64,000 nt of DNA from Sarea resinae (GCA_026026165.1 JAPEUD010000050.1:124001-188000), one strand, 5' to 3'; shown: positions 51,769 to 63,926, counted from the first letter of the stretch. The notes: generated by a model not told the origin, from the sequence alone. Made by a program: numbers and translations.

Positions 51769-54144
51769 ATGGCCCCACGAATCCCCCGGCGGTTTTTCAA
51801 GCCGCTCCTCTACACCTCTGGTGCGGCCGCAATGGGCGGTGGGCTGCTATATATCCAATGGAGACCGCGAGAGATCAAGGGAGGCGAACCTGCCGCGGTC
51901 CCACCTCCTGGTTACGGAGCAGGAGGAACATTCGTGCCTCCACACTTCCCACTGGTAAAGTCTCGGGAGGAGCAAATAGCGGATCTCAAGCGGTCAGGAG
52001 GAGTCAAGCAGACCGTTGAGAAGGCCAAGGATGGCATTAATGGCATATCCGAAGGCATCTCAGAATGGCTGGGCGTCAAAGGAGACGAAACTTATGACGT
52101 TGCTGACGAGGATGGTGCTGAACCGTATGATCTTTTGATCATTGGCGCTGGCGCAACCGGCTCGGGCATTGCTCTCGATGCAGCGACCAGAGGCCTCAAG
52201 GTTGCTGTAGTCGAGCGAGATGATTTCAGCAGCGGCACGAGCAGTAAGAGCACAAAGTTGGTACATGGTGGTGTAAGATATCTTGAGAAAGCCGTTTTCG
52301 AGCTCGACTATAACCAGTAAGCCGATAATTTGCGTTGAACGCATTTCCATCTCATGACTGATTATGTGACATAGATATTCCCTCGTCAAAGAGGCATTAC
52401 GAGAGCGGAAGTATTTCCTGGATACTGCTCCGCATCTATCGAACTGGTTGCCCATCATGGTCCCCATCGACAAGTGGTACAAAGCACCATACTTTTGGAC
52501 TGGTACAAAGTTTTACGACTACCTTGCTGGATCGGAAAATATTGAGAGTTCTTATTTCCTGACCAGAAGCAAGGCTCTTGATGCCTTTCCGATGTTAAAG
52601 AAGGAAGGCTTATTTGGCGCTCTTATATACTATGGTACGTTTGGCCGCATCAGACAAACTTTTCGAAGCTGACTGTTGAAGATGGCGCGCACAATGATTC
52701 GCGAATGAATGTCTCCCTAGCAATGACTTCTGCGCTCTACGGTGCCACTGTGGTCAACCACATTGAAGTGACAGGGCTGGAAAAGGATGCGTCCGGAAAA
52801 CTGAGTGGTGCACGAGTGAAGGATCTCGTGACGGAAAAGAATGGAAGGACGCCCAAGGAGTTCAGTATCAAGGCAAAGGGCATAATCAACGCCACAGGTC
52901 CATTTACCGACTCGATCAGGAAGATGGACGACCAAGCGGTCCCTGAGATTGTTGCCCCTAGTTCGGGAGTACATATCATCTTGCCGGGATATTTCAGTCC
53001 ATCTAGTATGGGCTTGATTGATCCCTCAACATCCGATGGCCGTGTCATTTTCTTCCTCCCATGGCAGGGTAACACGATCGCCGGAACTACCGATGCGCCG
53101 ACCAAAATCAGTCAAAATCCTGTGGCTGGGGAAGAGGAAATCGAGTGGATTCTCAAAGAAATACGTGGCTACCTCGCTCCTGATATAACCGTTCGACGAG
53201 GAGATGTCCTAGCAGCCTGGTCCGGAATCAGACCTTTGGTCCGTGACCCTAATGCGAAGAATACGCAGTCTCTTGTTCGAAACCATTTGATTACCGTGTC
53301 GGATTCAGGCCTGATGACTTGCGCTGGTGGTAAATGGACCACTTACCGCCAGATGTCCGAAGAAACGGTTGATGAGGCAATCAAGTACTTTGGTCTCCGT
53401 ACAAGGGCTATTACGGATCCGCCAAATGTGAGCGGCATGGGATTTGCCAACGACGAAGCGATTCTGGATGGATCATGCCAGACGCATCGCGTCCGGCTTG
53501 TCGGTGCACACGGCTTCTCTAGGACTCTGTTCATCAACTTGATACAGCACTTTGGCATTGAGACGGATGTTGCAAAACACTTGACGGAGTCTTATGGTGA
53601 CCGTGCCTGGACCGTTGCTTCCCTATCATCGCCAACGGATAAACATTTCCCTGTTCGAGGTATCCGTCTTTCTCCTCTTTACCCTTTCATCGATGGGGAG
53701 ATTCGTTACGCGGTCCGTCATGAATATGCCCAGACTGCAGTTGATGTCTTGGCTCGACGGACGAGACTTGCTTTCTTGAATGCACAGGGGGCATTGGAAG
53801 CCTTACCGTCGGTCATTGATGTCATGGCGGAAGAGCTGCACTGGGACAAGAAGAGAAAAGATGTCGAGTGGAAGGAAACGATCAATTTCTTGGGCTCGAT
53901 GGGCTTGCCACAGAGCAAGCTTGGTCTCTCCCGAAAGCAGGTTGAGAGTGGCATCTTGAGCAAATTCCTGGCGAAGGAGGATAACACGTACGCTAGGCAT
54001 GGTAAGCTGTAACGCCCCACCTCGTCGAATATATCGAGCTAAATTTTCCATCTAGATTCCCCGGCTGATACTCTGGAGAGTGACTCAAAGTTCGAATCGG
54101 GGCAAAACCCCGTAGTTGGGACCGAGTCTCCTGTAAACAAATAG
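51769..54144 (+). CDS. GUT2: Mitochondrial FAD-dependent glycerol-3-phosphate dehydrogenase
   Basis: Arg-rich mitochondrial-type leader, then [99 protein letters not shown]. Introns 52317-52374, 52635-52681, 54002-54055. Confidence 0.96.
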
Positions 54145-55342
54145 TGGCATAGCGGTGGCGCGTTGGGTCGATCACGGAGTGGTTTCAGCGTTCAGCGTAT
54201 ATTCTATAGACCATCACCAGTAGATTTAAATGATGAGCTGTATATTTCAATAGGATGGACGAATGAGTTTACTCTTTTCACATCCAGAAATCGGGACGGG
54301 CGGACTTGGACTCTACTGAACCGTTCGTGGACCGAGACGTTCGACGAAAGAGAGCCCGAAACTCGCTTGCGATGGTCAAGCATACATTAGTCAGCAACGC
54401 TGAGGACATAAGCGGATTGCTGCGAATAGATTTCGTGCTGCCTTGAAGATAGCCATCTCAGGTTAACCTCAAGACTACCTAGCCACCTGGTCATCGGAGG
54501 CGTTCGTTCTTCTGATCAGGCGATGGCGCAAAGTGCAATACTGCGTTTTCGTCATGTTATCAAATGGCCATCTCATCCTAACCTGAAGCTCCTAGTCACC
54601 TCCCGACGAAGTCGGGGATCATACAGAGTACACATTTTTGCGGGGTAGAGTACCTTAAGGTATGCTCGCTTGAAGATCGACCATCAGTGATGGGCACGCT
54701 AAAGGAAGATCATGATCGTGGCTGGGCCTGTGTACGAAGTACTGCATTGGTGTGTGCTGCCTCCATGTGTGCTGCCTCCAATGTAGAGGAGAGGAGAGCA
54801 GGTACTGCGCTGTGACACGCCTAACGAGAAAGGGAAATGGGGGTGAAAAGATGATGGCAAAGAGCTTTCCCATCCAAACCTTAAGGGGGAATCTCCGAGG
54901 TGGACCTATTCCATAGCGCAGACTCTTCCATCTCACTCTGCCGGACCGTATGCTCTAAGGTAGATGCGAGCCTAGCCGGCCATGCTGCTACGGCTCCATC
55001 CCCTCGTTGCCCTGGACTCCTGGGCTCGGGCCAGGCAAGGCTTGCCGACCAGACTGTCTCAATGCTCGGCCCCGATGATCGCTTTTCTTCGCCATGGCAG
55101 ACGTCGGCGTGCTAGCAGCAGGCTTTCTAGGAGATGAGAATCGAGGGCGATGGCTGTCTCTACCGGCTTCCTTTTCTACTCCTTCTTCTCCTTCTTTCTT
55201 CATCATCGTTGTCATCTCTGTAATTTTACCCTTGGAAGTGGCAAAATCTATTTTGCTGTCATGCTGAAAAGCGTCAGCTTATCACGTCCTGGACGATCAT
55301 CATGACTTGACTCTGCTCATCTCTATTGAAGCTGGAAGAAGC

Positions 55343-58080
55343 ATGTCTGGCACGGGCGCCCATGCCGCGAACAGAGGTCCAGCTGTCATTGGTGTGACGA
55401 CTGCCACGATTGCCGCCGCTACTATATTCGTCTTCCTCCGCCTATGCTCTCGTGCGTTCATTGTTAAGAGGATCTCATGGGACGATTACGCCATCTTGGT
55501 AGCATGGGTCTGCATCTCGCTGGTCCGCATCAGGGTTTTGCTAATTGAGCCCTAGATTGTCTGCCTCGGCTTTTCCTTCGTCATCTGCTATGCCACCTCT
55601 GTTGGCTTAGGTCGTCATGAAAAAGCCGTACCAGCAGACTCGGAGCCAGCTCTGAGAAAGGCCGAGTTCGCCATCTCGATTCTCTACGTATGAGTCCCAT
55701 TCTGGATATCGTCGTCTTAGCTAATCTGATCAGAACCCGGCTTTGATGTCAACGAAGACCTCTGTACTGCTATTCTACCTTAGCCTATCTAAAAATGATC
55801 CAGTCTTTCGATGGGAGTCCCTGATCACTCTCATTGTTGTGAACGTTGCTGGATTAGCTCTGACCTTGCTCAATGCCTTCCAATGCCGTCCGGTCAGGGC
55901 AGCATTCCAGTATCCAACCTCCGCCACGGCACACTGCACTGATGTTGTTGTACTCTACCTCTCGTCAGCCCCGGTCAACATTCTTACGGATATGGCTATA
56001 TTTTTCATCCCGCTGCCGATCCTGACATCTATGCGTCTACCTCGAAAACAAAAGATCATCTTGATCATCACTTTTGGCGTTGTGGCATTCGTTGGCGTTG
56101 TTGATGTCATTCGAGTTGGATTCCTCCAGCAAGCATTCTCAGCTCGTCTGGAGGAGAGCCGGACTGGCAATCGCCTTTATAGCGACGATCCTGCCAGTTT
56201 GACGGACTTCTCCTGTATGTTAGATTCCTTGCCTTCGAGCACTTCCACTGATACGCTTAGGGTACGGGTCATACTCATTCATGTGGTCGGCTATTGAGGC
56301 AAACGTTGGACTCCTTATTGCCAACGTCCCAGGCCTCAAACCACTCGTGTTTCGTTTCATGCCACAAATTCTCCGCGATACTACCCAAGATAGCGACGGC
56401 ACGGGAACTAGGTCCTCTGAAGCTCAGAATCAAGCCTTAGCTGAGGCACCAGCACAGCGGTTACCTTCGGTTGCCGAGCCTCTACGCCGACCTCTCACTG
56501 GAAATAATGAGCAAATCAACGTCCTAGATTTTTTAACGACTCCAGATATGGCCTCAGCAAGTCCGGACGTGGCACTAGATAACCCAAGAAGCCGAACTGC
56601 TACCACCGTTACCCACAGTACCAAGGCCGAGGGTGCTACGTCCTTTGATTTCGTCAATATCAAAAATCCGAAAAGTATGGTGAAGATGAACGCTAAGGAA
56701 TCACTATTCCCGGTGGGTATCATAACGATCATCTTCTTTCTATGGGGCTTCGCCTACGGATTACTTCAAGTTCTGAACATGCAGTTTCAATCTCTCGAGG
56801 GTTTAAGCACCGGCCAAACCTATGGTCTCCACAGTATATACTTCGGAGCTTATCTTATTGGACCACTCACTCTGGGACGATATACACTCAAAAAATGGGG
56901 TTTCAAAGTGACTTTTATCGGTGGCTTGGCTATATACAGCTGTGGTACTCTTATCTTCTGGCCATCGGCAGTGCTGACCTCCTTTGCTGCATTCATGGTA
57001 TCTAATTTTGTTGTCGGATTTGGCCTCTCTATTTTAGAAACTGCCGCAAATCCATTCATAGCTCTCTGTGGGCCTCCAGAGTATGCGGAGGTTCGTCTCA
57101 ACTTCGCACAAGGCATTCAGGGGATTGGTAGTTTGGTATCCCAAATTCTTGCTCAGAGAGTGTTCTTCCGGACTGCCACCGGACCCGATTCTCTTACAGA
57201 CGCTCAGTGGACCTACCTTGGTATTGCGCTATTCGTCAACTTGCTTGCCCTTGCCATCTACTACATTCCTTTACCAGAAGTCTCTGACAGCGATCTCAGG
57301 GAGCTTGCATGGAAGCAGCAGTCTGAAAAGCCCATCAAGATTGGCGGAATATCTATCGTGAATATCACCCTGGCTCTAGGTGTCTTCTCTCAATTCTGTC
57401 TTATTGGTGCGCAAGAGACAATCTCCGTTTCTTTCAATACCTTTATAGGTGCGATGCATCCTAGGTAAGCTCAACTTCCCTCTGTTACAACCTTCTGCTC
57501 ACGAAAAAGCCCCACGCCTCTATCAGACTCAGATTACCTAGCCCTAGGGCACACGACATTTGCTGTTGGCCGTTTCGTTGCTATGGGGGCCTGCTTCGTG
57601 ATCAAACCGCGTTGGGTCCTGCTTTTCTTCTACATTGGAGGAGTTGTCACATCAGCGCTGACGATGACCTATACGGGAGACACCGGCATAGCAATGCTTA
57701 TCCTGGTTTTCTTCTTCGAGGTGTGTGTACCAAGCTGCACTCGCGAACAGTACTAACCTTTCCAGTCCGCCATCTTCCCTACCTTGTTCGCTATATGCCT
57801 GCGCGGGCTCGGCGCCCGGACAAAGACTGCTGCAGCCCTTCTGACCGCCGCCGTCTGCTCAGGCGCAATCTTTCCTCCCGTCGCAAACCCCATAGCAGAA
57901 AACCGAGGACCACTGTACTCCTTTTGTATTGTCGTTGCTCTTTTCTCTTTTGGATCCATCTTTCCAGCTTATCTGAATCTCGTTCCTGCGGCAAAGAAGC
58001 ATGTCGATCCAGTGTCGGAGGACACAAATGCCCTCTTTGAACAAAGCTGGCCCGGCCACCGCGAAGTTCCCCATCAATGA
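55343..58080 (+). CDS. Fusion protein: PTH11-like (fungal rhodopsin-domain) 7TM module + FucP/GluP-type MFS sugar transporter
   Basis: N-terminal half: LRLCSR..WDDY..GLGRH..TKTSVLLFY..FQCRP..NILTDMAIFFIPLP.L.SMRLPRKQK..VIR..WSAIEANVGLLIANVPGLKPL. C-terminal half: FFLWGFAYGL..YFGAY..WGFKVTFIGGL..GLSILETAANPFIALCGP..RLNFAQGIQGIG..QF..GAQE..FAVGRF..FESAIFPTLF..LG.RTK..GAIFPP. Introns 55508-55555, 55688-55733, 56215-56260, 57465-57509, 57721-57765. Confidence 0.88.
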
Positions 58081-59408
58081 GAATTTCGACATATACTAGC
58101 GACTGTATAATTGGTTAACAAGAATGGGAGGCGAATTAGGTGTTTTGTTATTTTCCCTTCTGGGCTGTTGCATTTTGGCGCGGAGTCTAGCATTTGGAGC
58201 TTTATATCTGATACTCAGCCCGGGTAGCACAGAACCGGCATTACAGGGTGTTGGAAAATTTCGCAATTCCATCACCCTCGTACACAATTGTCTAGGCATT
58301 TTTCATTGTCATCAACGGTCATGTTGAGTGCTGTAGTAGATTCTTCTCATACAGTAGCAATAGTTAATCATCAGACGAATCTCATGTCAAAAGGGAATCT
58401 AGTTGATGGTTTGAGTTCTGTTGCCTTTCCTGATAGCACAAAGTACCACGTTGTCTTCATCACGAATAATCCAAGAAGCTCAATCTTCTACGAAAGGTGA
58501 GAATATGGGGCTATGGGTATACTGACAGGACTGGTCGACCAATCGCCCTCCAACGAGTTTCGACACACGCGTTCATCGAACGACTCAAATAGTACCTGGA
58601 AGCTTCGATCATGACGCCTTCATGAGCTGCTCTCTAGACCAACCTCCATCGAACGTCTCAAGCATCAGAAGCGTCTCGGGGCCACGCCTTGTCGAGAGTC
58701 TTGGTATTGGAGAACGCAGCCCGAGCAGTGGCTTTGGCTTTCGAGCACCAACACCGCCGCTCCTGATCGTAACTCTACAGTACCCCGCCTCCTAGGTACG
58801 AAGTACAGTACGGAGTCTGAAGATTAAGAGCGAATTCTCCCAACCCAACCTTTCTCTGCCACCGTCACCGACATCTCAATCGTACAGTAAGGCAGGTAAA
58901 GTAAGCTCCAGACCACAGTCTCGCCCGCCTTCGTCCGAGTCCCATCCATCAATGCTTTTACTACAACTAGAGACGCACGACTGACGCAGAGGATCGCGGG
59001 GTCGTCGGCCGCGGAGGGGTACAGCTGAGCGGGGTACGCGGCCGAGTCCAGCGTGTGTTAGGTGGGGCACTGTCCAATTTACCTCGTAGTACTTCGTACT
59101 CTACTCCGATAGTCACTTAACTCTAGAGAGACTGAGGACAGCGTATCGCCATGTTTGGGCTCTGGGGCAGCAGTGGCAGGCTTGAGCGCGAGCGTGAGGA
59201 CCGGGGGAGACAGACTCCTTGCCTGCCATTGCCATTGCCATTCCTCGTACGAGAAATGCTTTCGTGGTCCGGCCCCGCGGTCTACTCATAGTACTTCATT
59301 CGACGGAGTACTTCGTACCAAGGTCACTTTACCCACCGAAACGTGTGGAAGGGTACACGATACGCCCCCGGACTTAACGGGAGATAATGACGTTCGACTC
59401 TGCACCCT

Positions 59409-59414
59409 TATAAA
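59409..59414 (+). promoter_or_regulatory. Putative TATA box (TATAAA) of the second aldo-keto reductase
   Basis: About 125 bp upstream of ATG 59536 and followed by a pyrimidine-rich tract. Confidence 0.45.
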
Positions 59415-59535
59415 TTCGCTTTCCCTCTGCTGCTTCTCAAAGGGATCCAGCAAACAACACTCGAATCAATCTTCTCTCCATTGTCAATCTTCCAACTCAG
59501 CATCGGAAACCTGTCAGCATCGGAAACCTGTCATC

Positions 59536-60744
59536 ATGCCTCCACAGCTAGCTACGCGTCAACTGGGCAAGGACGGCCCCAAGGTCACTGCCATTGGCTT
59601 CGGCGCTATGGGTGAGTTGAGAGTACATATAGTCTTTGGAACCTAAGGGCAATGCAACTGACGAACATCTGAATGCAAGGCCTGAGCGCTTTCTACGGAA
59701 AAACTGCCTCGGACGAGGAACGGCTGAAGGTCTTCGATCGAGCTTACGAGCTGGGACAGACCTTCTGGGATAGCGCAGATATCTACGGCGACAGCGAGGA
59801 TCTCATCGGAAAGTGGTTCAAGAAGACCGGCAAGCGGGACGAGATCTTCCTTGCCACCAAGTTCGCCAATGCTGTCAACCCCGACGGCTCTCGCAAAATC
59901 GACAGCAGTCCGGAGTACTGCAAAGCGGCCGCCGAGAAGAGCTTGAAGAGGCTCGGGATCAAGACCATTGACTTGTACTATTGCCATCGTCTCGACCAGA
60001 AGACGCCTATCGAGAAGACCGTGCAGGCCATGGCGGATCTCAAGAAGTGAGTTGATTTCCATTCCTATAGTCATGCGAGTCATATCACTGACATCGTCGA
60101 CAGGGAGGGCAAGATTCGATATCTGGGATTGAGTGAGTGCTCGGCTGAGTCGTTGCGTCGTGCATATGCCGTCCACCCGATTGCCGCTGTGCAGATGGAG
60201 TACAGCCCCTTCTCGCTCGACATCGAAAGCCCCCAGACCAACCTCCTCAAAACCTGCCGTGAGCTCGGCGTGGCCGTCGTCGCTTATAGCCCTCTTGGAC
60301 GTGGCTTCATGACCGGTCAGTACAAGGGCCCCGAAGACTTCGACGAGAATGACTTCCGCCGCGTGCAACCTCGCTTCTCCAAGGAGAACTTCCCCAAGAA
60401 TCTCGAATTGGTTGAGAAGTTGAAGTCTATCGCCGAGAAGAAGGGCTGCACGGCTGGCCAGCTCACGCTGGCTTGGCTGCTGGCCCAGGGTGATGACATT
60501 CTTCCCATCCCTGGAACCAAGAAGGTCAAGTACGTCGAGGAGAACCTCGGCGCTCTCAATGTGACGTTGACCCCCGAGGAGGAGAAGAGCATCCGGCAAT
60601 CGATTGAGAGCTGCGAGATTCACGGAAGCCGATATGCCCAAGTGTGAGCGTCCTCGAAGTCCGCGCATGTTCTGTCCGGCATGATACTGACTTGATCGCA
60701 GTGCGGGTCTGTCTCTTTTCGCGGACACCCCTCCACTGCAGTAG
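59536..60744 (+). CDS. Aldo-keto reductase (AKR13/YakC-like)
   Basis: [101 protein letters not shown]. Three GT..AG introns, including 60047-60103 and 60644-60701. Confidence 0.95.
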
Positions 60745-61865
60745 AGGCGAGCTGGGCTCAAAGCGTCAAGTGAGGAGCTAGCATATGTATGGCAACGTGC
60801 CTGGATGAATAGACATGCCCAAGGACACCTTCACGTAGCATGACAGAAAACCAAATTGCAAGCTCTCCAACATATCATCTCTTGTGCGCAAGTCACCTTG
60901 GAAGTCGTAGCAATCAAGGAGAGATGTCTCATGTATCATCCAGTTCATTAGGCTTATTGGATTGGATTCTTATTGGAAGGCTTATTGGATTGGATTTGGA
61001 TTGGATCCTACCTCACGATGCAGCCCCGAGGCGATGTAGTTTCGGGAAAATAATATTCCGGCCCATGTATCCCGTCAGGTCCTGGATCGTCCGTCCCAGC
61101 AGATTCGATGGATCTGAGATGGCGAGGGAGTACAGCATATACATAGTAGAGTGACTGTCTGCGTGGTGGATGAATTCGAGGACGGGGGCCCGTGGGGATG
61201 GAAGATATATTGAAGCAAATGATGGCAATCATCGATTCCGGCCTGACAACGTGATGTCGACCAGAGGCGTTGATGGATCCGGATCATTGATCACGGATCG
61301 ATCTACGGCGGAGAATAAATATGCAAGGACGGCTGGCAGCACGGGTGGTCGCGCGACGGCCATTGGCGGAGAAATATCGAAGGGGGGTGCCGCGAAGGGA
61401 AAGACAGGCGAAGAGTGGCCGATCTCCGTCCGTGTCGGCAATTTGGCGATGGGATGGGTGAGGGAGAGGGAGAGAGGGAGAGGGAGGAGCTACGCAGGTC
61501 AAGCTAGGGAATTCATCATCATAATCTCCCTCATCCGCCCCCTCCCCATTGCCTCCACGCCGACCGAGACCGTATTATTGTCGACCATCATACGGAAAAA
61601 GCTACCAGCCACTTCCGATAGATCATCCGCTCGCTGGCCTTTGCGGGGAAAGGAAAGACAGAAAGAAACACCTCAAAGCCCTTTCGCCTTCTCAGCCTCC
61701 CTTCTCCCTCTTTCTTCTTCTCTTGCTCCGCCCAATCAACCTAGCGATGAGCTATCTCGTTGCGCATTCCCGTCAGCTGAACACCTCGCGCCGTGTTCTC
61801 TCCGAGCTTCAACACCGGATCAACGGCTTCAACATCTACGGCTGAGCGCCTTGCTCCCACGACCG

Positions 61866-63926
61866 ATGACCGTACTGGACGAAAAGCATTCCATTGCTTC
61901 TATTATGCGAAATGAACCCTCGCCGACCGACTGCCAGGTAGACTCTGGGACCGGAAGGAAGCCCGACCACCGCGCCGTTGTCGTCGTCTATGAGGATGGC
62001 CAAGAGGATATCATAGCTCTGGTGGCCGACGTCTTGGGGAAGCCGTCGCAGCTTGTGTCGACGATATCGGCGACGGAGGAGACAGGAAGCCCGGCCGTGT
62101 TCGGGATTGCGGGTGAATGCGCCAAAGACGGCCTGAGGGGACGAGCGAAAGACGTAGTCGTCGTTATCAATACTCGATGTATGGATGCGCGCAATATTTC
62201 CGACAAGACTCTCTCCGACGAATGCGATTACGAGTTCCTGTATACGCATACGCCTTTCTTGCGAAGGGACCTGACGCGCTTTCTCTCCTTTGTCCTGGGG
62301 CAAAAGAATCATCACGATGACCTGTTGAAAAAGTCCAGAACGTCTTTCATCTCTACGACATTCCCTGATGTGCGCACAGCATTATCCAATCTCGACATCC
62401 TTTCCGTCGGCTCGGATGCCGTGGAGATCAGGGTCGACCTGCTCCGAGAGCCCAAATGCGATGGCACCTTTAGTGCAGTGCCGAGCTTGGAGTACGTTGG
62501 AGAACAGGTCATGCTGCTTCGACAGCGTTCCGAACTCCCAATTATATTTACTACGAGGTGCACCAAAGAGAACGGTCGATTTCCTATGGATAACCCAACC
62601 CTATACTATGACTATTTATACAAAGCTCTGCAGTGGGGATGCGAATACATTGATGTCGAATTGTGGCTGCCCGAGGATATTAGGATGCGCCTGGCGGAGC
62701 AGAAGGGCTACAGCAAGATCATCTCCGCTTTCCATGACTTTTCAGGGAATTGGAAATGGTCGTCTCCAGAAGCACAGAGGATCTTCAAAGAGCTAGCGAA
62801 ATATGGCGATATCGCGAAGATGATTGCGCTAATCACGTCGATGAGTGAGAATTACGAGCTGGAGCTGTTCCGATCTGGCATCAAGTCCAATTACGCTCAT
62901 CCTCCCCTATCTGCCGTCAATATGGGTCCCATGGGACAAATGTCTCGAGCTCTCAATTATTTCTTCACGCCGGTCACACATCCTCTCCTACCGATGATAG
63001 CCGCGCCAGGACAGCTGAGTGCAGCAGAGATCAACGATGCTCTCCGCATCATGGGCCAAATTCCCAAGCGAGATATCTTCGCCATAGGGACTTCTAGACC
63101 TACGCCTCAATCCGTGTTCTTTGAAAAGTGCTTCAACGAGCTGGGCGTACCGCACAGTTTCGCGTGCGTCGACCGCGGCCCAAAGGGTTCAGTGGAGGCT
63201 ATCATCAAGAAACCTAACTTTGGCGGCGCCTACCTCAATCCACCACTGAGCAGTTCTTCCGCTCCTTATTTGCCTTCTTTAAGTAATGCTGCACGGTCTA
63301 TCGGTCACATAGATACCATTACCATTCATGGCGATGAATGCGAGCAATGTCCCTCTCTGACTGGCCACAATGCCTCCTGGAAAGGTATCCGCGCGACGCT
63401 CACGAGAGACTTCGTCCCTTCGGCGTATCGAGGCCGGGCAGCGCTCGTCCTATCCAGCTCCGAAGTTGACGCTTCGGCGGCAATCTTTGCCCTGCAAGAT
63501 CTCGCGGTTCAGCCCATTTACACGATCGGATTCAAGGCTCAGGGACCCTTGGCATCGATGTCGGCACTGGAACCATTGACTTCTGTTGAAGATGCCTCAA
63601 AGATTGAACAGCCCTTTGCGCTCGTCTCGGCCCTACCGCCAGAGAAGTCCCATTTCGCAGTTCCTTTACTCAAATTCTTTAGTCAAACTAGTGGCAAGGC
63701 GCGCTCGCCCTCCCCTTCGGAGAAAATGACGGGAAGAGTCTTTGTAAATCTCGCGAAGGGATCGAGTAAGGGGGACCCCGGAGCTGTTGCTGCAACTACG
63801 GGCTGGACTGTGTATGGGAGCGACGAAGTGAGCGCTTGGACGACGGTCGAGATGATGAGGTTGTTGGTCGGGCAGAATGTGCCGTGGGATTTTGTGCGCA
63901 TGGCTTCGGGAAGGTGCCTTTATTGA
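61866..63926 (+). CDS. AROM C-terminus-derived protein: type I 3-dehydroquinate dehydratase + degenerate shikimate dehydrogenase domain (AROM/QutR superfamily)
   Basis: Intronless. TSFISTTFPD..GSDAVEIRVDLL..LPIIFTTR..E.GRF..EYIDVE..KIISAFHDF..GDIAKM..AVNMGPMGQMSR..FTPVTHPLLP..AAPGQLS is the AROM-type DHQase I domain, followed by an SDH-like region (FGGA..ARSIG.IDTI..GHN..W.GI). Probable start at 61866, although the frame is open from 61170. Confidence 0.85.
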   Translation: MTVLDEKHSIASIMRNEPSPTDCQVDSGTGRKPDHRAVVVVYEDGQEDIIALVADVLGKPSQLVSTISATEETGSPAVFGIAGECAKDGLRGRAKDVVVVINTRCMDARNISDKTLSDECDYEFLYTHTPFLRRDLTRFLSFVLGQKNHHDDLLKKSRTSFISTTFPDVRTALSNLDILSVGSDAVEIRVDLLREPKCDGTFSAVPSLEYVGEQVMLLRQRSELPIIFTTRCTKENGRFPMDNPTLYYDYLYKALQWGCEYIDVELWLPEDIRMRLAEQKGYSKIISAFHDFSGNWKWSSPEAQRIFKELAKYGDIAKMIALITSMSENYELELFRSGIKSNYAHPPLSAVNMGPMGQMSRALNYFFTPVTHPLLPMIAAPGQLSAAEINDALRIMGQIPKRDIFAIGTSRPTPQSVFFEKCFNELGVPHSFACVDRGPKGSVEAIIKKPNFGGAYLNPPLSSSSAPYLPSLSNAARSIGHIDTITIHGDECEQCPSLTGHNASWKGIRATLTRDFVPSAYRGRAALVLSSSEVDASAAIFALQDLAVQPIYTIGFKAQGPLASMSALEPLTSVEDASKIEQPFALVSALPPEKSHFAVPLLKFFSQTSGKARSPSPSEKMTGRVFVNLAKGSSKGDPGAVAATTGWTVYGSDEVSAWTTVEMMRLLVGQNVPWDFVRMASGRCLY

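Noticed and set aside
59643..60761. 372-aa antisense ORF covering the second AKR
   Set aside because: Shadow frame of a strongly codon-biased gene, with no recognisable motifs and no ATG start.
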